Part shown: piece after piece, positions 54,490 to 64,000 of the stretch | Layout of the letters: each line of letters begins with the position of its first letter | Numbering within the stretch: the stretch's first letter is position 1 | DNA from: Callorhinchus milii | Taxonomy: Eukaryota | Assembly: GCF_018977255.1 (NCBI RefSeq) | Contig: NW_024704742.1 | Coordinates: 18,850,001 to 18,914,000, forward strand | Length of the DNA stretch: 64,000 nucleotides | Direction: 5' to 3' | Made by a program: the position numbers and the translations under genes | The notes under the pieces: generated by a model | Databases searched by the model: none | What the model was told of the DNA's origin: nothing | Seen by the model: only the letters and a program-made list of their open reading frames with translations

Positions 54490-54750
54490 AGAATATCTCA
54501 AAGCGCTTCAAAGAGTTTCTGTAAAGTGACTGTATTTCAAGATGAACCCAACAAGCAATTTGCACACAGAAATATCCCACAAACAGACATGAAATGAATT
54601 GACCAATATTATCCGGATAATTGTTGGTCAGGACACAGAGGGGAACTCCCTTTTCTTTTTGAATACTGTCATAGGATTTTTAACAGGCACTTAAACAGAT
54701 AGAATGGAACTTAGTTGAACATTTCATCCGAAAGATGACACCTCCAACAA
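54490..54750 (-). mobile_element. Deu-domain SINE fragment
   Basis: catccgaaagatgacacctccaacaa and shared 3' half in reverse orientation. Confidence 0.7.
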
Positions 54751-55512
54751 TTTTTACATGACAATCAGTACAGTGGATTGCTTTTCATCAGTTGACTTCT
54801 CAGATCTTCCAATATGTGCATTCCATGTGAATCTACAACAACAACAAATTACACTTGTATAGCACTCTTGACATCAGAAAGACGTCCCAGGGCGCTGGAC
54901 CATCAAGGTTTTTTGGACCCGAGCTGAGGGTTCGGGTCAGTAAGTGGGCTTGGAGTTGGGCTGGACAATCATTGGACTTTCTCGAAATAACTGCAAGGAA
55001 TCATCGGGCGATCACACAGAAACATGTTTGTCAGGCTTCATTTCTATCATCATTCTTTGTTCCTTGAATTCTTGGTGAATAATGGCAATATTTCAAAATG
55101 GTAACCTGCAAAATACACAGTCAATTTGTGAAGAGCTTTGAGTTGTCCGCCCTACATGAAATGTGCAAAACCAATCCAATAATTATTATCAATATGACAG
55201 ATTGAATGCCATCATTAGCACATTGAATTTGTTATTATATACAATGAAGCTTTGTTGTAGCATGTTGGTTGGGTTCCAAAGATTCTCAGAGAGGTGTGAG
55301 AGGTAATTTTATTAAGCAGGTGTGCAGCTGGCAAGTAAGTTGCTTGGACCCCAGCTGATCCCAGCACTAAAACAGGCTTATTTCTGGGTTATGAGGCCAA
55401 CTTTTGTGTTGAGGCAAAGAAAGAAATAATATTGTTAGCAACCTGATGACCTTGATTATGGCAGTTTTTTTAATACAGAACGCTAAAATATTTATCTTAC
55501 AGGGCATCAGAT

Positions 55513-55588
55513 CACTCTGACGTCACTTCTTGAGTGTTATGCCTCAAGAATAACAGAGGCATAACACTCAAGAAGTGATGTCAGAGTG
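55513..55588. repeat. Near-perfect hairpin, 33-bp arms with 10-nt loop
   Basis: cactctgacgtcacttcttgagtgttatgcctc-aagaataaca-gaggcataacactcaagaagtgatgtcagagtg; one mismatch. Confidence 0.92.
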
Positions 55589-56368
55589 GTAGTGCCATTG
55601 GTAGCAGATGTCAGAATGGTGGTGCCATTGGTAGCAGCATAATGACCACGAAGTTAGCCATTTCAGCAATGAGAGCTGCATGAAGCCAGCAGGCATGTGC
55701 GTTCATGTACAGTGCATGGGATCCACAGTACAACCAATAACCAAATCTGTGCTTAAACTAAGTACATTATAATGGGCTGCACTTCAATTGAGATTAGAGG
55801 TGAGAACGCCACCACCTGCTCCTTTGACATTGGTTGGGTCTAAAGGTGGCTAGGTTCACACACGGGCCGATATTGTTGTTTCCCATCAGAGAGAATGAGT
55901 TTTACTTCACGGAGCTGAATCAATCTTGAGTTTTGCCGCTGTTCCGTGAGGAGCAAAATGCTTCACAATAGGAAATGGGTAAAAGGACTGACTGTGCTGA
56001 CATCCTCAGGCCCAACCACTCTGCCAGAGTCAGAGGGAGGGTGGGAGTTTCACACCTACAATTTAGCTTTAATTTGTCTATTGAAATCACTATGTTTCTG
56101 TACAGATATGATGCGAGACTGTTGCGAAACTTCATATTTTTCACCTCCTCATTTCTTCAAGAATTCCACTGAATCAACTGCAAACTATATTCACTCTCCT
56201 CTTTCTCTGCCATAAATTTATTGACCAGTTTTGACAACTATAGGATGACTATGGCTTGAGGGTTAAATGCTGTTAATTAGGCCTCTACTTCCACATAAAC
56301 ACTGAGTATTGATCTCATGTCAGTTTAAGCCCTTACCTTCTGCATCAGCATCATTAATTGCCAATAAA

Positions 56369-56890
56369 TCTATACTAATAAAACAACAATGTCCGTCTGC
56401 ACTTCAAGAAGGATCTCAATAATCAATTGAAGTAGAGACATGATTTGTTCCTCAACGGAAAGATCTTGCACTAGGAGTGACATGGGCATATTTGTTTTCG
56501 GGTATCTCTTATTGTTCATGAGTTCTTTTCAGTTTTTCGCTGCAGTTACACCAGGTGGCCACCAAGTCAAAATAGCGCTGTGGCACTGTTCATCATAGAG
56601 CACCTACATATGTACACACAAACTGCAGTTACACATGGTGGCTGCTCCGGCTGGCTGTGGTATCTTGCACATAGCCAAGGGGCGGGAACAAAATAAAGAA
56701 CACAGACAAAGCTAAACCGCGCCAACAACAACAAAATTACATTTTTAAAGCGCTGAGTCCTCCCAAAAGGAGTCCTCCCAGGTGAGTGTAGATAAAGATA
56801 AAATGTCTGTCTGTGGGTCTGTCTGTGTGTCAATCTACATTCCAAATTGGATTCTATGACTGCAAGCGAAGCTATAACGGGTACAGCTAG
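56369..56890 (+). mobile_element. Non-autonomous Helitron
   Basis: A|TCTATACTAATAAAA start, ...GCGAAGC...CGGGTACAGCTAG|T end, inserted in an AT dinucleotide with no target duplication; internal (GTCT)n-like tract. Confidence 0.75.
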
Positions 56891-59297
56891 TACAAAATAA
56901 TTATACAATACAAGTTACATTTATATGGTCTTTCACATCGGGAAGACGTCTCAAAGCTCTTTACACTGCTGGCTGGCCACCCAAGCTGGTGGAAGTGGGG
57001 GCTAAAGGTGTGGGAGGGGGAAAGATGATCGAAAGCCATCAAAGTAAACAAACATGCTTTACTGCTTTAGAAAGAGGAAACCTCTTTTAAAAAATTTATA
57101 CTTTAGTTAGCATTTATTACTTTGCTGACAACAGTAGGGAGGTATTTTCCCATGACCTGCCCCCACACACAATCTGTGGCTGGTGGCTACCAACAGACAA
57201 TGTGATAGGTTTGGCAACGGAATATCAGAATCGAGCCAGCCCTCTGTGAAGGTCTCAGAAGTCTGTTTTTTGAGCCAGGTAGGTCTACGATAATCCCGCA
57301 CTGCTAATGACAGCACAGCCTGCCTGGATCAATGGCAGGACTTGGAAGGGCAGACTTGTTACTGGGGGCAGGGAATCCTCTGACTCAGCTCCTGTTAACA
57401 CTGCAAGTCTGAAACCCTTAACAGGTAGCATAGTCTTAGCTGGACAAACAGTGGGAAATTTGCCAGACAGTGCTATCAATGGCAAACCATGCACCTTGCC
57501 TTGGCTCTTGCCAACCTGCGCTGAATACTTTCCAGAATTAGGTAAGCAGGATGCATCCCTCCAGGAAGATTCCAACATTCTATCTTTGGAATTTCCATGT
57601 AGAGGTGGGATGCATGGAATTTTCAGTTTGCTTTGGATACTTTGGATATTTGGATATGTTTGTATATTCTTAAGCATGGTGATGGGTTTCCACATGTGTC
57701 AGACATCCAGCTGATCCCCCCAAAAAGAAGGAGGCATCTAAGCAAAACTGCCTTATCCCAATTTTCCTTTCTTCTGGTAAGAAGACTCCGCAGCCTCCAC
57801 CCAGGACCTACTCGGGCAATGTTGCTTATGTTGTATTAAGAACAGCATCTGGAAGAAATAGAACGAGGGGGGAGGTCTATTTTATAAACCTTGCTCCCCC
57901 CAGCAATGTGCCAGACAGGTTGGTGAGGCTGCATAAATGCCAGATGGAAATATAAGATCGTTTTTCTTGGGGTTTTTTTAGTCAGCGGGTGTTATAGCAG
58001 TTGCAGAAACTCATCACCATTCTTAAGAGTATAGAAACCAAACTGCTGAGGGCTTCCTGTGTATGGTTTCCATTTGCCTTGTACAGAATGCACACTTTCT
58101 CTCCCTCTCTCTGAAAGGTTTAGACTCAGGTTGAGAAGAGCCAAAGACATTGGTTTACTGTGTGCTAAAACCATCTTAAAATAACACGCACTTGGAAAAC
58201 CATTATGGGGGCAATAGAGGATGAATAGGGAAGAACGGGCAGGTGGGGGTGGGGAAAGCGTTGCCACCTAATGGCCATTCAGTGTATTATTGGCAGGTTT
58301 AGTGTGGAACTTAGTGGTATGGAATGGAAGCAGGGTATTTGGCCCAACTATCCCATGCCTAGGAATGTTGAGTCACACTAACCACTGTTTGTTGCAGCGA
58401 TAATTAACACTGAAATTGATTTATGCAAAACCACAAATTTTACCTCAATGTTTCTTGGTGCTGACTTTATATTTCCCCCCACCCCCCACCATCACAAACA
58501 CACCTAGGAAGATAGGAATGTGCAGGCCTGGAAAAGAGTATTGCAGGCTATTTTCCAAACTAAATAAAAATCATATTCTGCTCTACCTCTTACATCACTC
58601 AATCGATTTCTTCATTAAATAATTAACCCATTCCCTCTTGAGTTCAACAATAATGATAATAATCATTGCATTTTTCATGCAGAACCCTTCACCTCAGGAG
58701 AATATCTCAAATTGTTTAGTTCACATGATTCACTGTAAGGAGCAGTGACTGCTTTTGTAGGTAAATATTTGAAGGCAATTTGATGACACATTCTGCCTCC
58801 CAGGGTCACCAATTCCATGTATTCACAACTTGCTGTGTTAAGTAGTTGAGCTGCATGTTCACATTCCCTCCCCTGAGCCTGAGACTGTGGCCCCTTATTG
58901 TACAACAAGACATCTCCGGTGCTGCCTGTATCCTCACCTCTTTCAAAAGGAAAAAATAAAGCAGCCTCTCTCACACTTTCAGGTAACAGTTTATTTGGAG
59001 CCTGAGGCTGTGCATGCCTGCTTATTGATTTGTTTTGTCTGGCACTGAAACACAGTTACTCCCTCTGCACAGAGAAGATTCACTTCAAAACCTCAACCAC
59101 AAGTGACACCCTGAAGGCAATTCACTCGGACTGTCAGTTTGCACGCCAGGGCCACACCAACTCTGTTGAACTAACAGGAACATATTGATCAATTAAACAA
59201 AACACAAAATACTACAGATGCTGGAAATCTGAAACAAAAACAGAAGTCGCTGGGAACACTCAGCAGGTCAGGCAGCATCTATGGAGAGAGGAAAGTG

Positions 59298-59334
59298 AGC
59301 CAACATTTCGGGTCCACAACCCTTCGTCAGAACT
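59298..59334 (-). ncRNA. Minimal hammerhead ribozyme motif in the left Penelope arm (one stem III change)
   Basis: Reverse complement agtt-CTGACGA-a-gggtt-gtg-gaccc-GAAAT-GTT-ggct. Confidence 0.6.
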
Positions 59335-60019
59335 GGGGTATGTTGGGAGAGAGAGACTTTTAAGGGCTAACAGAGAGGGGGGAGGCAGGGCAAAGAAGAC
59401 AAAGGAGAAAATGGGGTAGAGGAGAGGGGAAGATGGGTCAAAGAGGTGTTAATGATACAAAACTAACAGGGGGGTTGCAACAAAACAGGGGAATAGAGGT
59501 GTTAATAATGCAAAACAAAGGGGGGGAGAATTGCAACAAAATAGGCTTAGGGTGTTGTTCATTCTGGAATGTGTCACCTGATTTACTTAATGCATGTGCT
59601 GCTCACGATGTGGTCTCCTCTACATTGGGAGACGAAATGCAGATTGGGTGACAGATATGCCGAACACCTCCATTCTGTCCGCAAGCACAACCCTGAGCTT
59701 CTGGTTTCTTGCCACTTCAACTCTCCCTCCCACTCGCACTCTGACCTCTCCATCCATGGTCTCCTACGCTGATCCAATGAGCCACAGTGCAAGCTCGAGG
59801 AGCAGAACCTCATCTATCTCCTAGGGACCTTACAGCCCTCTGGCCTCAATATTGATTTCAACAATTTCAGACCAAAGCAGCTCACCTTCACCCTCCCCCA
59901 CTTCTGTGACCATGACCACATCATCTGGGTTCCATACACACATGTTCTCTCTCTGGTCTGCCTATTTTGTTATAATTTCCCACCCACACCCCCTTGTTTT
60001 TGCATTATTAACACCTTTA

Positions 60020-60133
60020 TATGGGGATAAGGCGGGTAGGTGGGTTAGAATAGATCAGCGATGATCTTATTGAAAGGCGGGACAGGCTCAAGGGGCCGAA
60101 TGGCCTACTCCTGCTCCTAATTCTTATGTTCTT
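60020..60133 (+). mobile_element. CR1 3' tail inserted in the right Penelope arm
   Basis: gatcagcgatgatcttattgaaaggcgggacaggctcaaggggccgaatggcctactcctgctcctaattcttatgttcttat; absent from the left arm. Confidence 0.82.
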
Positions 60134-60293
60134 ATTCCGCTATTTTGTTGCAACCTCCCACTTTGTTTTGCATCATTAACACCTATTTAACCAATCATCC
60201 CCTGTCCTCTACCCCATTTTCTCCTTTGTCTTCCTTTCCCTGCCTCCCACCTCTCTGTTTGCCTTTAAAAGCCTCTCCCTCCCAACATGGCCC

Positions 60294-60330
60294 AGTTCTG
60301 ATGAAGGGCCATGGACCTGAAACGTTGACT
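60294..60330 (+). ncRNA. Minimal type I hammerhead ribozyme motif in the right Penelope arm
   Basis: agtt-CTGATGA-a-gggcc-atg-gacct-GAAAC-GTT-gact: catalytic boxes, stem II and 4-bp stem I. Confidence 0.7.
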
Positions 60331-60691
60331 CACTTTCCTTTCTCTGTAAATGCTGCCTGACCTGCTGAGTGTTTCCAGCGACTTCTGGTTTTATATTGAT
60401 CATTTGTCTAGAACACAAGTGGGGTTATTGCTGGGTTAGGGTGTTGTTCATTCTGGAATGTGTCACCTGATTTAGTTAATACATGCGATAAATACAGACT
60501 GTGGACTTTTACCACCAACACTCAATTTGTTTTTACCAAAAATAGGAACACGAGCTCCTGATGTGATGGAAAATCTGCTGCTTGAGGCAGGTATGCTGTG
60601 AGGGTCACTGTTTCAAATACCCTCATCCCACAGAAGATAAACCCATTCGTTGTGTACTGCGGACAAGATGTTAGATTGTTACACACAACTT

Positions 60692-61110
60692 TCAACAACA
60701 ACAATAATTTGGATTTATATTGTGCCTTTCACATAGGATAATGTCTTAGCGAGTGTTAGACACCGACTAAGGGAGAAGAGAGAGGGGGAGGTGACCATAG
60801 GCACGGACGAAGAGGTAGGTTTTAAGGTAGGTTTTAAAGATAGATAGAGAGGGGACGAGTCGGAGGGATACAACAACAACAACAACAAGATTCCATTTAT
60901 AGAGTGCCTTTCATGTCGGGAGGACGTCCCAAGTGGCAGTGGATAGTGGCAGGTTGGGAGCATCCTTACTGAAGGCTTGCCCACCAATTGTGACGGAGAA
61001 GTAGCAGGGGAGAGGGTGAGAAAAGGGGGAGGGAGGGCAGAGAAATGGGGTACGAAGGGATTTATATGTGATGGTGAGGATCTTCAAAAATAAATTCAAC
61101 AGTTGTGACA
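60692..61110 (-). mobile_element. L2 3' fragment with a second L2 tail nested at 60871-60933
   Basis: Two (CAA)n tails; body reads LKILTITYKSL and GGQAFSKDAPNL on the minus strand. Confidence 0.72.
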
Positions 61111-61261
61111 GAAATCCAGTTTGAAGTGGACACACTCGGGCTCACTAGACAATTCTGACTTGCCAACAATGAATTTTATATACCAGAACCTGCAGTTAAC
61201 ATAATGAATCTGTTTTATGGATGTCACAGATTAGACCCTATTCTTCGTTATTATTAATAAT

Positions 61262-61676
61262 TATAATAATCCTTGCATTGGATACAGCATCTTATCACAT
61301 CATGGAAATGTCTCAAAGCACTTTACAGGATTTACTGTAAAATGTAGCTTCTGTGCTTCTTGCAGATGAACACTGCAGCCAATTTCCCCACAGCAATGTC
61401 CCACAAGCAGCCATGAAGTGAATGGCCAATTTTAGCTGGGGGAGTGTTGGCCAAGACACTGGGAGAAATTCCTTTATCTTTTCGAATAGTGCCATGGAAT
61501 CTTTAACATACACTTGAACAGGATCTCGATTTGATATCTTATCTGAAGGTGGCATCTCTGGCAATACATTGCTGTCCAGCACTGCATTGGAGTTTCAGTC
61601 AAAATCCTAATATGAGGCTTGAGCCAACACCGTCCCAACTCAGAGGCAATATTACTACCAACTGAGCTAGGCTGTC
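61262..61676 (-). mobile_element. Deu-domain SINE, near full length
   Basis: Tail, shared 3' half, Deu core and head in reverse orientation. Confidence 0.78.
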
Positions 61677-62789
61677 AATCTTAAGTCCAGTGTTAAAATC
61701 CTGGCCGCAAAGCTATCCTGGAATATTTATTATACTATATTATATTTATTATAATAGCACTAACACTCTGTTCCTCTCTTGCCTCCCAGCACATTACCAG
61801 TGGACCTCTTTACAACAGTTGTGACTATTAAATAAATTTAGGTGGATATTTTTCAAAAAGGTAACAAAAAAATTCACAAGGTACTTTTTTTCACTTAAAA
61901 TAGTGGAAATTGATGTCTGTGTTTCCATAATCGTCTGAGCTAGATAGTCGAATGCAAGTTATCTTATTATTGAGAGCTTCATACAGACAAACATTACATA
62001 TTAAGTATAAGGCAAAGAATTGGGGAGATGGTTGAGTATTTGTTGAAATATGAATACTTAGGAACGCTTCTCATTGTGACTCTCATAGTAACTTTGAAGA
62101 CATGTTTTGAGCTTGTTATCACGCCACATTTCCCTCTCTGTACAGGGACAGTGGAGGGGGAGAAAGAGATGTTTCTCTCGCAGCATAAATCCATTATAAG
62201 ACACCTTTCCCTGTTCAAAGCTATGGCAGGTAGATGATCCACCTATGTGCCTGAATGATTCAATGGCTTTGCGCACATATTTGTGTGCCGCTTCACAAAG
62301 CCTCATATTATTAACACTCAGGATGCCAGGGATGCCAGTGTCTGAAGCGGATCAGTCTGTCACTCTCCTGTAAAATGGATTTGTGGTTCTCGGAAGTGAA
62401 AGCACATTTGAGCTTCAAAGATGCCTTTGCAATACGATTTCAATAAAGATTAGTCAGAAACGGGTCAGAGAAGATTGCATAAAATGCTTTTGAGCAAAGT
62501 AGGATTTTGAAGTCTAACCAACCTGCGAGTTGGGAAATCCACACAGAATAGATGTCAATTACTGACATAAGTAGGGGTTGGTGCAATAATATAATAGCAT
62601 TTGAGTTCACACAAGGACATAGGAGATAAGATATGATTGTACTGTATTTACATTCAAACAACCATCTCGGTACACTACTGGTCATATTTAATGGTGTGCA
62701 TTGTTGCATCATATGAGACAGAATTATTAAAATGACTGAAACAATGAAAATAAGCAGAAGCCTCAGCCACAGGGGATCTCATAGAGCTG

Positions 62790-63195
62790 TACACAATTTT
62801 AAATGGGATTGAAAAGTAAACTCTGATCAATACTTTAGGATGCACCAAGACAGTAGAACAAGAGAACGTGAGTATAGAGTTGTAAAAACACCCCGACATG
62901 TCATCCTGCCTGAAGGGTGCTATATAAATGCAAGTTGTTGTTGTTGTTGTAAAAGGCAATTTCAGGACAGACACCGGGAAGTTTTTCTTTATTTAGAGGA
63001 CAATAAATGACTGGAACAGGTTTCCAGGAAAGGTGGTTGAGACCAGTACACTAAACTGGTATTAAAAGTAGCTTGATGTAGTGGTGGGGAGGTGGAGTGG
63101 GGGGTGAGGGGGATCAGGAGGGGTTGATGTTTGAGAGGGATTGGATCAGATGGCTAAAGGGCCTTCTTCATACAAACCAATCTTGTGATTTTGTG
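62790..63195 (+). mobile_element. CR1 3' fragment interrupted by an L2 tail (62888-62950)
   Basis: Colinear with 34366-34630 once the insert is removed. Confidence 0.8.
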
Positions 63196-63261
63196 TGATC
63201 TTTAACTTAAAAGAAGAATTACATTTTTAATTTAATTATTAACTTTTAATTTTTAACTTTA

Positions 63262-64000
63262 AATTAAAAGAAGTGGTCTATAATATTGCCTAAAAGAGCT
63301 GTAAATTAAAGGATTGGAAGGGCTTTAGAGATCAGCAAAGGATAACCAAGAAACTGATTAAGAAGGAGAAAATGGAATACAAGAGTAAATTAGCTAGAGA
63401 TATAAATACAGATTGTGAGAGCTTTTACAAGTATATAAAGAGGACGAGATTAACAGATGTAAATGTGGGTCCCTTACGGGCAGAGACAGGAGAAATTATA
63501 ATGGGGAATAAAGAAATGACAGAGTCACTAAACAAATACTTTGCTTCTGTCTTCATGTTGGAAGAGACTAAAAACGTATCAGAAATAGTGGGAACCAAGA
63601 GAGTAATGTTAGTGAGGAACTTAAAGAAATTAATATCAGTAAAGTAATAGCACTAGAGAAATTGATGGGACTAAAAACTGATAAATTCCCTGGACCTGAT
63701 GGCCTGCATCCTAGGGTTTTAAAAGAGGTGGCTGCAGAGATAGTGGATGCCTTGTTTTTGATCTTCCAGAATTCCCTGGATTGTGGAACGGTTCCCATTG
63801 ATAGGAAGATCGCAAATGTAACACCACTATTTAAGAAGGGCAGGAGACCAAAAATGGGGAGCTATAGACCAATTAGCCTGACATCGGTGTTAAGGAAAAT
63901 TCTAGAGCCAATAATTTGGAATGTCGTTGTGGGGCACTTAGAAAGTCATAATATGATTAGGCAAAGTCAACACGGTTTTATGAAAGGGAAATCATCTTTT
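63262..64000 (+). mobile_element. CR1 LINE ORF2 fragment running off the window end
   Basis: SFYKYIK...LNKYFASVF; KFPGPDGLHPRVLKE...ANVTPLFKKG...YRPISLTSV...QHGFMKGKS, with frameshift. Confidence 0.93.

Larger units (their letters stand above)
59192..60392 (+). mobile_element. Penelope-like retroelement fragment with inverted terminal arms and GIY-YIG endonuclease remnant
   Basis: About 59600-59871 encodes CSRCGLLYIG/ETKCRLGDRYAEHLHSVR...CHFN...KLEEQNLIYLLGTLQPSGLNIDFNNFR (one frameshift, one stop). 59230-59546 is the reverse complement of 59960-60392. Flanking direct repeat atattgatca at 59182-59191 and 60393-60402. Confidence 0.88.

Noticed and set aside
57285..57714. Overlapping 135/136-aa ORFs on both strands
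   Set aside because: No recognisable domain or convincing splice signals; cannot be supported as coding.
50558..64000. Search for the signal-peptide first exon and promoter
   Set aside because: No phase-1 exon with a signal peptide or CpG island seen; presumably beyond the window.
1..64000. CRISPR array, operon or phage system
   Set aside because: No regularly spaced repeats or dense ORFs; the sequence is a spliced vertebrate gene interior.

Overview
Vertebrate genomic DNA, most likely a cartilaginous fish (inferred from the repeat landscape: tRNA-derived and Deu-domain SINEs, L2, CR1, Penelope-like element). The whole window lies inside one minus-strand gene of the PDGF-C/D family. Three internal coding exons splice in frame with canonical GT-AG sites: 50557-50362 (196 nt, missed by the ORF track), 29813-29633 (181 nt) and 3929-3728 (202 nt). 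They encode the CUB domain and the hinge ending in RKSK. Exon sizes and the hinge are PDGFC-like, but several CUB residues look PDGFD-like. The first exon and the growth-factor-domain exons were not found and presumably lie outside the window. The rest is intron, dense in transposon relics: two SINE families sharing an L2-type 3' end, L2 and CR1 fragments, MITEs, a non-autonomous Helitron, and an inverted Penelope-like element. That element carries a minimal hammerhead-ribozyme motif in each arm and a copy of its own flanking DNA. No prokaryotic features or CRISPR arrays. Repeat boundaries are approximate, and family names come from motif recognition, not database searches.
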